From: Chrysomallon squamiferum | Lineage: Eukaryota > Animalia > Mollusca | Reading direction: 5' to 3' | DNA length: 64,000 nt | Assembly (NCBI GenBank): GCA_012295275.1 | Contig: CM022673.1 | Coordinates: 23,250,001 to 23,314,000 of the forward strand | Shown: positions 54,801 to 64,000 of the stretch, in pieces | How the letters are laid out: every line of letters begins with the position of its first letter | How positions within the stretch are numbered: position 1 is the first letter of the stretch | Program-made: the position numbers and the translations under genes | The notes under the pieces: model-generated | What the model saw: the letters and a program-made list of their open reading frames with translations, nothing else | What the model was told of the DNA's origin: nothing | Database searches by the model: none

Positions 54801-57150
54801 ATTCACTGTAACTGCGTACAAAGCAGTCAGGCTCACCAGCAGCCAATTAATGTCCTCAAAACAGAGGGTGGCCGGGTTGTCTCAGCAAGCCAGGACCACA
54901 CCCTGAAGGTAATGAATATAAACATTTATGAATTATAAGAATATTTGATTACACACAAGCATTTTTATATGTGTCAAACATCATTTTGTACGAATACTTT
55001 GAGGGAAAACCTACCATTGGTGCTGTCTAGCTTGTAGCAATAATCTTTTATAGCCTTCCCACTGACTAGAAACTATATATTAGTTTATAGTACAAATTCT
55101 GTTATAATTAGGAATATTTTAAATTTTTGTTTAGATATGTATATTGCCTTATTTCTGTTTATTTTAAAATATTTTACAAATTAAATTAAAGAGATGTATA
55201 TATTAAAATATTTAACTTTTATTGTCTTTGTTTTATGCTGGGAATTCATTTGATAAATATGTAGTCAAAACATTTTACTTGAAGAGCTAATTGTTATAGG
55301 ATCAAATTCCAATGTGCATATATCTCATTCTATTGCTTTGAATCACAGGTGTTTCATGTTTGCGTTTGTTGTATGAATTATATAATAAATCCTACACATG
55401 TTGTTATTGTTTTGTGTAGGTGTTTCGATTAGAAGACTGCTTATGTTTGTACACACTACATGGTCACTTGAGTAATGTGACAGCTTTATGTCTTGATAAG
55501 GTATGTCCTATTAATTCTGTGTAAGTATTAAAATAATTTGATGACACAGTATCATATTCAGTAAAACATTTATCTTTCATTTTTATAGTTGTTTACAAAT
55601 CCTTTGAAGTTCTGCAGTATAATATAGTTTTGAAAAAAGTATATAATTCTGTCTTTATAGAATCTCAGTTATTGTTACATAATTTCAATTTTAATCTGTC
55701 TGTAAATTTTAGTTGTGTAATTGTAGATTCTCCAGTGTAATATAGCTAAATTTTAATCTATATCACGTCGGTCCAACATCTGTTATTGTCTTCATATATA
55801 TTATTTTAGTTTAACACAAATTAAAAAAAAATCTCTTTATGTTTGTAGAGTCTTAGTAAGCAAATTGTTACATAATTTCAGTGTCCTCCCTATGCAGCAG
55901 TCAGTGGTTCTGCTGATGGGTCAGTACGTCTGTGGGATCTTCTCACTGGTACCTGTGTGTATGACTTCAAAGGTCATGATGGGTCAATCATCACCTTGGT
56001 AGCAACCCTCTATTACATCATAAGTCTTGGTTTAGATGACAAAGTTTGTATTTGGGAGAGAAATAGAGGACAATTATTACACAATCTGGAAATGGTGTGT
56101 TTTTGAGATGATTAATATATTATAAAAACTAGTGGTGTGTCTATTTTGAAAAATATGTTTAATTAATATAACAGTCTTAAAAATTATATTCATTTAGATA
56201 CTGTCCTTTACAAAAAGTATTTTAAGGCACAGTTAACAACAGTTATTCTTAAACAGTAACAGAACATTTTAAGCACCAGTCAGTATTAATTTATTTTAAG
56301 GTTAAAGAAAATACTGTTCATTATTATTAACAATATTTGACAAACGTTTATCATATTTTATGAATATCATTATTTACAGTACATTTTTAAAACTATATTT
56401 ATATTTTTTTGAATACAATTTGATAAAGAAAAAAGGTGTATTTATATATACATATACATATATATTATTATTATTATTATTTTTTATTTTTTTATTTTTC
56501 AGGAACACTGTCAGTGTTGTAGTCTATCTTTGCTTACTAACAACTTGATAGTTGCTGGAGGGCAGGTATTTTATTTTTTACCGAAAGTTTTTTTTTTTTT
56601 TCATTCTGTTACTTTCTGTATTTTGAGTCCTCAGTTATTAAACATCAGTGTGTGCTACATTTAACAACAAAATGAAACATTTACAGCAACACAGCTTACC
56701 TTTGAAATGAACTGAACAAAATTAATATTTTTGATTTACACATTGTGTTGGTTATTCTAGATATTTTTCAAAAAGATGCCTGTAAAATGTCTTCTTCTTA
56801 AGCAAATTGGGGCAAGAGAGTTTTTGCTTCAGTCAAATCAAAATAATTATATTTAAAGCAGATAAAATGAAAAATAACAGAAAAATCCTGTAATCTCAGT
56901 AAATAATTTTGTGGATAAAATTTTGAAATTTAGACTGAAAGACTATAATATTAATCTTTATTTTCAGGGTACTATATATCTTTGGGACTTAACAAAAGGC
57001 GAATTAGTAAGAAAGGTGAAAATCGATGATTCTGGCAAAGCAGCTTTCATCTATAATCTACAATTAGTTGGAAACATGGGTGTGGCCTGTGTATTGGGAA
57101 CAGACATTAAAGTGGTTCACTTTCCTACAATACTTGAAAAAGCTGAGTAA
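43725..57150 (+). CDS. SCAP: Sterol regulatory element-binding protein cleavage-activating protein (SCAP), complete, 24 coding exons, ~1327 aa
   Basis: All 24 exons join in phase with GT-AG introns (3984 nt including stop). N-terminus [23 protein letters not shown]; sterol-sensing domain [15 protein letters not shown]...EIFPYLV...[16 protein letters not shown]...[19 protein letters not shown]...VDIRRMEL; loop-7 [22 protein letters not shown]; C-terminal WD40 repeats ending [10 protein letters not shown]. Confidence 0.97.
44738..44882 (+). CDS. SCAP: SCAP coding exon 2
   Basis: [13 protein letters not shown]...KKPRW; cactag| and |gtgagt. Confidence 0.9.
45272..45432 (+). CDS. SCAP: SCAP coding exon 3
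   Basis: [21 protein letters not shown]...DAFRGPL; tttcag| and |gtaatt. Confidence 0.92.
45730..45867 (+). CDS. SCAP: SCAP coding exon 4
   Basis: DLCLRVSE...[18 protein letters not shown]; ctccag| and |gtaatt. Confidence 0.92.
46420..46499 (+). CDS. SCAP: SCAP coding exon 5
   Basis: [26 protein letters not shown]; tcacag| and |gtgtct. Confidence 0.88.
46680..46794 (+). CDS. SCAP: SCAP coding exon 6
   Basis: [30 protein letters not shown]; tcacag| and |gtatgt. Confidence 0.92.
47266..47447 (+). CDS. SCAP: SCAP coding exon 7 (YIYF motif)
   Basis: [14 protein letters not shown]...[14 protein letters not shown]; tttcag| and |gtaagt. Confidence 0.93.
47777..47903 (+). CDS. SCAP: SCAP coding exon 8 (SSD)
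   Basis: [16 protein letters not shown]...FGLTPTLNG; ttccag| and |gtaggg. Confidence 0.93.
48259..48371 (+). CDS. SCAP: SCAP coding exon 9 (SSD)
   Basis: [37 protein letters not shown]. Confidence 0.93.
48827..48921 (+). CDS. SCAP: SCAP coding exon 10 (SSD)
   Basis: [31 protein letters not shown]. Confidence 0.93.
49135..49233 (+). CDS. SCAP: SCAP coding exon 11 (SSD end)
   Basis: [33 protein letters not shown]. Confidence 0.95.
49523..49837 (+). CDS. SCAP: SCAP coding exon 12 (loop 6)
   Basis: LLDLQKQ...[22 protein letters not shown]; tttcag| and |gtaaga. Confidence 0.92.
50272..50570 (+). CDS. SCAP: SCAP coding exon 13 (TM7, loop 7)
   Basis: [16 protein letters not shown]...[22 protein letters not shown]; acceptor ctgtaaaaaag|, donor |gtatgt. 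Confidence 0.85.
50891..51332 (+). CDS. SCAP: SCAP coding exon 14 (loop 7, TM8)
   Basis: [10 protein letters not shown]...[10 protein letters not shown]...[12 protein letters not shown]. Confidence 0.93.
51756..51833. repeat. (AAT)n microsatellite in SCAP intron 14
   Basis: Directly visible, about 35 nt upstream of the exon 15 acceptor. Confidence 0.93.
51869..51984 (+). CDS. SCAP: SCAP coding exon 15 (WD40)
   Basis: [33 protein letters not shown]; atttaag| acceptor. Confidence 0.88.
52423..52844 (+). CDS. SCAP: SCAP coding exon 16
   Basis: ITPPQRRKP...[13 protein letters not shown]...GYDFKGWF...RSWSA; G|gtaagt. Confidence 0.88.
53301..53413 (+). CDS. SCAP: SCAP coding exon 17
   Basis: [23 protein letters not shown]. 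Confidence 0.9.
53780..53865 (+). CDS. SCAP: SCAP coding exon 18
   Basis: [28 protein letters not shown]. Confidence 0.9.
54092..54201 (+). CDS. SCAP: SCAP coding exon 19
   Basis: [16 protein letters not shown]...PTRQIK. Confidence 0.9.
54736..54908 (+). CDS. SCAP: SCAP coding exon 20
   Basis: [26 protein letters not shown]. Confidence 0.92.
55420..55500 (+). CDS. SCAP: SCAP coding exon 21
   Basis: [27 protein letters not shown]. Confidence 0.92.
55882..56094 (+). CDS. SCAP: SCAP coding exon 22
   Basis: [21 protein letters not shown]...[13 protein letters not shown]. Confidence 0.92.
56503..56565 (+). CDS. SCAP: SCAP coding exon 23
   Basis: [21 protein letters not shown]. Confidence 0.88.
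56968..57150 (+). CDS. SCAP: SCAP coding exon 24 (terminal)
   Basis: [17 protein letters not shown]...[12 protein letters not shown]; several AATAAA downstream (e.g. ~57423, ~57514). Confidence 0.93.
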   Translation, partial: GTIYLWDLTKGELVRKVKIDDSGKAAFIYNLQLVGNMGVACVLGTDIKVVHFPTILEKAE

Positions 57151-59271
57151 TACCAAAATCATTGTGTAAAAACTTCAGTATTCACTTTGCAAAATGAAAC
57201 ATGTTAAACTGAAGTCCAAACTTATTTATATCCACCGATATCTTATCACAAATGATCAATTTATTTATTTTTCCTTTTTTATATGGATCATTAGTTAGAT
57301 CTTCTAAGCAATAATGTCTGAACTACAGCAATTTGGATAATGTAATATGAATTTCTATTTTAATTATATATTTTTTATTTAATATAAAATATCCTTGAAA
57401 ACGTTTTCTTCACAATGATTTAAATAAAAAATGTATTTGGCTTTTGGAGACAGTTTATGATTTTAAAAATTTATTTTTGAATGAATTATGAATTATGCTT
57501 TCTCTTATGCTGGAATAAAAACAATTGGTTTAATATATATTGACTAAACTATTCTGGTTTTGCTATCATGAAATCTAATTTACTGTGGATAAAGTTTACA
57601 TATTTACTAAGCGATATTTATTATTTTCACTATATGAAAGCACATTGTTATTTTAATTTAATAATATTAACTATACCAGCAATTTGGTGAAGAACATGTT
57701 TTAAATGTATCTGTTATAGGATTAAAATTGTTGACATTTGTTAAGTTTTAATTTATTTATGAATTTTAATCTGACTTGTTATGTTGCATTTGAATATATC
57801 TGCTACAAATATATTTTCCTACTGTTTCCATAAAATTAATAGTTTTTAATATATAGTCAATAGTTATTTGCTAATCATGAAAAGATCTCTGAGAAAAAAA
57901 AAAAACGTGAAAAGAGAAATAATGCTGTTTTAGATTTTTGTTTGTTCTTTTATGGTAAAGGTGAATAATAACAAATCAATTAAATAGATTAATTATTATA
58001 TTTGTGATGTCATTAAATCAATGCATTATTTTAAATAATAAGAATACATACTTACCACTTATATAGTATTGTTGCTCTTAATTTTGATCAGAGGAAAATT
58101 AAGCTAGAACAAAATTTATTAAAATATGATATTTATAACTACTTAAAAAACTTAATGTATCTGAATGATTATTCAACTTTAAAATGAATAATTGCATTTT
58201 CTCTATATTTTTTAAATGTTGTGTTAAAATATTTTAACAACTATTTTATTTTTTTTATTTTAGCCCTTGAAGCTGATAGTTGTTGCTTTATGTTCTGTTT
58301 TTTTATTTTATTGTGTTGATACAAGTATGTATTATTTAAATGGTATTTTTTAGACACAAATCTCATAAAAAATATTCCGGTTATTGGTTTTACCGAGTGA
58401 GATTTTTATTTATTTATTTTTATTGCAAAGTTCATCATTTCCTGGAAAATTGTTTTTAAAACATATTTTCAGTTCAGAAATTAAAAATAAAATATGTCAG
58501 TCTGTTTATTGGTGAACAAAGAAATGTGCATATAGTCAATCATTTCGTAGTTAAAATATAAATATATAATTTTAATTTTCCATTTAAGTTCCTAATAATT
58601 ATTGTTTTAAAACAATATATTTGAAATGTTAAATATTAATATATATGCATCTTTCATGTTAGTTTGGACATTAAACATGTTTCTGTGCATCAACATATTT
58701 TTTTATATATACTGTTTCTATTACCTTTAATAACAATATATAAAAAATAAATTATTTCTGAAGTATTACTGTTCCTGTTTTTATTGTTTATTAGTTTTAA
58801 GAAGCCAAATGATTCATTAATATAGAATGAAATGAATATAGATTTTTCTAATAAATATTAATTTAAAAAAGTGACTTCATCCTTTTATTTTTAAAATACT
58901 AATACTAACAAAAACATTCTTGGAAGAAAATATATTTTATTTTGAAGTGTGAAACAGGTTTAGAAAATGTATTATTAATTTAAGAACCCTAAGGAAGAAA
59001 ATGGTATATAAAAACAATACATTTTGCTTATAATTACTGACTTTAAATATAAATAAACAATACTTATCAACCATATTTTATGAGATACCTATATTTATCA
59101 ATGAATATTGCTCAATGAAAATAAATCATTTTATTTAATTTACAATGATGTAAATTAATATTCTAACAAAAATGTGAATTCCTATTAGGTTTAAGTCTAC
59201 CATCAAAACAATTACTTGTCACACTCTGGTATGGTGATGTGAAAATCTATACTGAAAGAATGCTGATAAGT

Positions 59272-59390
59272 CTATAAGCATTCTATTTGTTCATAAAGTT
59301 CTTTCTGTAGAGCTTGCATCTCGTAAAGAAACTTGTCCTGATTACTATCAAAGCTGAATATGGATGCATCAGGAACCTCAGCTTCTGGAT
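59272..59390 (-). CDS. ZCWPW2-like terminal exon
   Basis: Pyrimidine-rich acceptor ...atcacattatag|AT (phase 1); DPEAEVPDASIFSFDSNQDKFLYEMQALQKELYEQIECL*. Confidence 0.75.
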
Positions 59391-62300
59391 CTATAATGTG
59401 ATATAAAAATAAATGAGTAAATAAGTTATGTTTTTTTTCTTCTGAGAGTCCCTGGTTAGCAGAATCATAATTAAATTTATTTTCTTTTCTTTCACACTTC
59501 ATCAGTGGTGATGCCTCTATCATCCAGTGAAACTTTATCGATGCATTAAAAAATTATATTATATTTCTGTATCAAAGTTTTCCTTCCTTCTAATATATTT
59601 TTATATTTCATTAAATAAAGAATAAATCTCCTAATCTAACTTTTATAAATAAAACTAAAGGAATTTTATTTCTCATGTGACTCTTTGTTTAAATTTTGTT
59701 ATTTTTGTGCTGCTACACAATGTAATTTTGCAGACACAAAAGAAGCTTGCTTTAAATAAATACTATTTTAATTTCCAATATAGATCAAAATACAAGTTAA
59801 TGTGCACAAAGGAAACTATATGTAAATGAAGTATTTACCCTGATGACAAGGTATGTCAAACTCAGATAGAGCATCAGCTTCTACAATATTTGTCTCTGGT
59901 TTAAATACAGGAGACTCATCACAGAATGTTATGTCAATTCCCAGCCTGCTCTGACTAACTGCCACATCTGTTTCGAAACAGCATAGATTTCCCTGCTGTT
60001 CAAGATTGCCTAACATTTCCATAAGGTCAACAGAATTTTCTGATTCAACTGAAAGTATAATTTAGTTTTCAGCTCAAAGTGTAAGCCATTTTTAACCATT
60101 TTTATCAGTAAAAAAATAGTAAACAATATAATAATAAACACCAAATAAACATCAGAAGTTTTTGCTCCCCTGAGCAGTTAATCATTACCCCAGATTTATG
60201 CTATTTGAAATTAAAATAATTTTAAAAAGTGATATATCAACCAATACACTGCTATTATTTTGAAAATATCAAATTATGAACAAATATTTGGTAACTAGAA
60301 TATAAATTAAATTCATACCGTCATAAAAACTATTTCCATGGTCATCATTTGTCTGAACATGGCTGTCTTTTGGCTGTGTTTTTAAATCATTTAAGGTTTG
60401 GTTTTTAATTCTGTTTTCTTTTGGTTTGGTTCCATTTAAATATTTACTAAAGTCTTTTCCCTTAACATAAAGTTCATATGGATATAAATTTCTGGAAAAA
60501 AAAAAAAAAACCCAACAAAAACTTATTATTAAATAAAAATGAAAATTAAATATTCAAATCAATTTATTTTTCTTTATTTCTTTGTTTTTAATTTTTCATA
60601 TTATCTTTATGCATGCACAGTAAAAGGTATAAAAGAAATCAAAATATGTTCTGTTTTAACAGAAACATAAAAGCCTGTTTCAGCTTCTGATGTTATGAAA
60701 TGTCACATTAATTTGAACATTACTTGACACATATTTTATTACCTTTAAATAAAAAAATACAAAAGAGAACAATTTCTCCCATATAATATCAACAAATTTT
60801 AGAAGTTTATGACAACCAAATAAACATACTTTTTATAATAATTTTTGGCTATGCTACCATAAGAACTTCGTTGACTTGTATTAAGACTGTCCACATCAGC
60901 TACTTCTCGATATACTGAAGTCCAAGAACGATTTAAACAAACCTTGAAAATAATACATTTATAGTTTTAATTATTTTTAGTATATTATTATCATTACAAA
61001 TTCCATTTCTAATTTCTCATTAAGATAATTAATATAAATGTCAGTATAAATGTAGCAACTGCAAATTACATTGCAGTGCTGAAAGGATTTTCAAACTAAT
61101 TTCAAATAACATCTGTGCAAAACAATATATTTTAAAAATTATTATTTTAACTGCTTCTTAAAACAAATACAAAGCTGTTAAGGACATTTTTATCAAAAGT
61201 GTTTATTTTAAATTTCAGTGTATGAAATAACACTACAGTAAAGAGTAAAATGTATTAAGCCACTAGCATTCTTATGAAAAGAAGACTTTAACCCCAACCC
61301 TAATTACATCCAAAACCAATATGCAGATGTCCATTAATCTCTGAGCAAGCTGCAAAACCATAATGAAACAAGAAAAATAGTGATAAAATAATGAAGTGAA
61401 ACTACAACCTCTTTATAACCACCTCTTTCATGGACAGCCAGGAACAGCTGAAATAATGTTATAGGAGTTTTGTGCCATACAGGTGATTTGTATACCCTGA
61501 CATTATTTCGTGTCATGAAGCGATAAACATCATGTTCAAAGGCTCGTTCATTGCGTTTATACATCTATAAAAGGTAAGATGAATACAGTCCAAATTCTGG
61601 ACATATGTATAGGTATAAATCTAATTGTTTAATACATTATAATTAGATGCTACTGCAAAATTATAACCAAATTTAAAATATTATTTTCCAGTCTTTACAA
61701 TCATCAATAAACTATTTGAAACATTTTTGTTTTAAATAAAAAAACTGATAAAACATTTTATTTAAGAATTTAAAATACCACTATACACCTGTTTTCATAT
61801 AAGTTTTTTTTACAAATTTACACCTATATAATCTTAAATTAATTCTCTTTAAGTATTATGTATGCTTAGAAGAATTATTCTAACATTGCTACTTATGCAT
61901 ATTTAAAAAACTTATATGAAAACAAACACCATTAACAGATTAAATATGCAACTTGCCTCAACATCTAGAACAAACTTTTCTTCCTTAGAATGATCAACAA
62001 GTGAATTTGATGAGAAATCCAGCTGCACATTATAACCATCAGCATCATTAAAATTTAATTTCTGTATTTTAGTTTTATCACTTTCAGGGGAATAATTATG
62101 TTTATATCTTGTACTAATCTTATTTCTCTGATGTTGTTTTACATCAATATTTACATGTCCTTTATCAAATTTTTCACCAAAAATGTTTGCCTGAGAAATA
62201 GTAGTTGATTTGGATCTTGAAGAATGGAAATTTAAATCAAATGAGTCATCGTCTAAATACCCTGTGAAAAAAAAAGAAACAGAAAATAAAATTAAAATAT

Positions 62301-64000
62301 AAAGTTTAATACAAATTTAAACAAAAATCAATTGTATAGAGATATGAATGTAGAATTTAGTTTTGTTTACAAACCAATTGCTAGCTAAACATATACTATG
62401 TTTATAAGGAAAGTTTTATCATTGTCAAGACATTTTTGTTTTTTATTATTTGCTTTCTCTTACACATAGTTGGACATATTTATTAATACAATTTATTTTC
62501 TTTACTTTGCATATTTTTCATATAGCAACAAAAAATTATTACTCAAACTTCTACCGTTATTTGTAATTTTCTTGCAAAATATTTCATTTTTATCTTTATA
62601 AATAAATTCACATCTTTTCAGTCTTTCTGACAAAGACATAAGCTGAAGATGTTTGGCCTCCTCCATGGCATATTGCACAGATTTTCTTTTAAATGTCTGT
62701 TTTTCTATTTTAGGCTTTGCCTTTGGTGCTTTTTTCTGTGAACATGATCTCTTCTTTTGCTGAAAAATGTCATGAATTAAATCTAATTTCTAACAGATTA
62801 TATAACATAAATCTTTTGCTGCATACTGACATCTCTAACACTTTTTTCTACCATTAAGTGATTTAACAACATCTTTATTCTGCTTCATACCAATGAGTCT
62901 AGTGATAAGCAGTTTTAAGAATGAAATCAGAAGTAATAGAAATAATAATTATATATCATAATGATCTTTAATGGCACTATAAGTATTAACTATAAATATT
63001 ACATGGTGAAATTTTATAGTATCTATGAAGAGAAACTTGTGTTTTTGATAATTAACCTGAAAATGAGTGTCTTGTTTAATTTTTTCATTCTCTAACACTG
63101 CCTTTCCAAATTTTTCCACTGATGAAGCTTTAACCCAACCACGGGTATGAGGCTTTCCCAAGAACTCAACATGATAAAAATGGGGTTCATCTGGATCAGA
63201 ATATGTCACAAATACATTTTCATCAGGATCTCGAGTTATCAATGCTGGCCACCTAAAATACGGTTAATAAAAAATAAAAATTCTTATCAATTATTAAGAA
63301 ATAATAACAACAGACAGCATTCGCATGATAAAAATTGGTTCTCTAAATTTTAAATTGTATTATTAAAATAAATATGAAGTCAGATTAGGACAACCTTATT
63401 CAAGTGCCTCTATTAGTGAAATCTTATATATGAAAAGGTGTTTTGGTGCATTAAAAAATTATGCTTTCTTTCTGTAATAAAGTTTTCTTTCCTGCTTTTA
63501 AAATATTTTGTGTCTCATTAAATAAAGAATGAATCTTCTCTCATTTTGGATAAATAAAAGTATAACTAAACAATTTTAGAAAGAAGACAAATATTAATAT
63601 TAAAGTTTAAAATATTTTATCTGAATTTTGAAGGACTGGATTATTAAAATGTATTATATATTTGATGATTCCAATGAAATTAAAAGAAGGGATATTATAT
63701 CTTTATGTTTTATCACTTAAAGGTTTGCTGCAGTAAGTTTATAAACTAAAAATATAATTGAATTAAATCCACTACATTTGCAGTTTTATATAACATAATT
63801 AGTTAAATTTAACTAATTTATTCATTTGAGATGAAGCAGATGAATTAATATACTAATATCTACTTGCAATATCCTGAGTACTTAGCCAACACTAGAGTTC
63901 CTTCCTTGAAAACAGACTTTATGTAAACCAACCCAACTTTCCTTGCAGTTTTATCATACCAGTGTGTATTTTCTTCTGGCACATCACATGATCTGAAATT
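59272..64000 (-). CDS. ZCWPW2: ZCWPW2-like protein: end of CW zinc finger + PWWP domain + ARID domain; 5' end lies beyond the window
   Basis: Phase-compatible exons 64000-63864, 63252-63057, 62759-62555, 62261-61957, 61564-61409, 60942-60830, 60491-60319, 60048-59839, 59390-59272. SCDVPEE (CW end); GTLVLAKYSGYCKWPALI...FVTYSDPD...YHVEFLGKPHTRGWVKA (ZCWPW2-type PWWP); FEHDVYRFM...PITLFQLFLAVHERGGYKEVCLNRSWTSVY...AKNYYKKNLYPYE (ARID). Confidence 0.75.
59839..60048 (-). CDS. ZCWPW2-like acidic C-terminal exon
   Basis: ESENSVDLMEMLGNLEQQ...FDIPCHQ; ctttcag| and G|gtaaat. Confidence 0.78.
60319..60491 (-). CDS. ARID domain end exon
   Basis: NLYPYELYVKGKD...; ttccag| and G|gtatga. Confidence 0.85.
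60830..60942 (-). CDS. ARID domain exon 2
   Basis: VCLNRSWTSVYREVADVDSLNTSQRSSYGSIAKNYYK. Confidence 0.88.
61409..61564 (-). CDS. ARID domain exon 1
   Basis: MYKRNERAFEHDVYRFMTRNNVRVYKSPVWHKTPITLFQLFLAVHERGGYKE. Confidence 0.88.
61957..62261 (-). CDS. ZCWPW2-like exon: linker, ends at a GC donor
   Basis: 305 nt open frame YLDDDSFDL...EEKFVLDVE; donor GAG|gcaagt. Confidence 0.75.
62555..62759 (-). CDS. ZCWPW2-like exon: PWWP C-terminal helices
   Basis: QKKRSCSQKK...SVQYAMEEAKHLQLMSLSERLKRCEF. Confidence 0.85.
63057..63252 (-). CDS. ZCWPW2-like exon: PWWP core
   Basis: WPALITRDPDENVFVTYSDPDEPHFYHVEFLGKPHTRGWVKASSVEKF; tattttag| and CAG|gttaat. Confidence 0.9.
63864..64000 (-). CDS. ZCWPW2-like exon: CW end / PWWP start
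   Basis: (NFR)SCDVPEENTHWYDKTARKVGLVYIKSVFKEGTLVLAKYSGYC; phase-2 donor AA|gtagat. The 5' boundary is uncertain at the window edge. Confidence 0.8.

Noticed and set aside
59391-59523. N-terminal part of ORF 59272-59523 (MIEASPL...)
   Set aside because: Better explained as intron: a phase-1 acceptor with a pyrimidine tract at 59391 matches the upstream phase-1 donor.

Overview
Very AT-rich, CpG-depleted, microsatellite-rich eukaryotic (animal, most likely molluscan/lophotrochozoan; inference) genomic DNA. It is not prokaryotic, and most ORF-track entries are noise or single exons. Three intron-containing genes were reconstructed by hand. (1) The 5' part of an SLC38A11-like amino-acid transporter on the - strand: 4 small coding exons (33975 down to 4568) spread over about 29 kb, continuing off the left edge. 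(2) A complete SCAP (SREBP cleavage-activating protein) gene on the + strand: 24 coding exons, 43725-57150, about 1327 aa, with uORFs just upstream of the ATG and a MELLDL variant of the MELADL COPII signal. (3) The 3' part of a convergent - strand gene (64000 down to 59272) encoding a ZCWPW2-like CW-zinc-finger/PWWP protein that also carries an ARID domain and uses a GC-AG intron. A CpG-rich island at about 41.5-42.8 kb is the probable, possibly bidirectional, promoter between SLC38A11-like and SCAP. The most unusual item is the CW-PWWP-ARID architecture. Homology calls rest on remembered family motifs; no database search was run.
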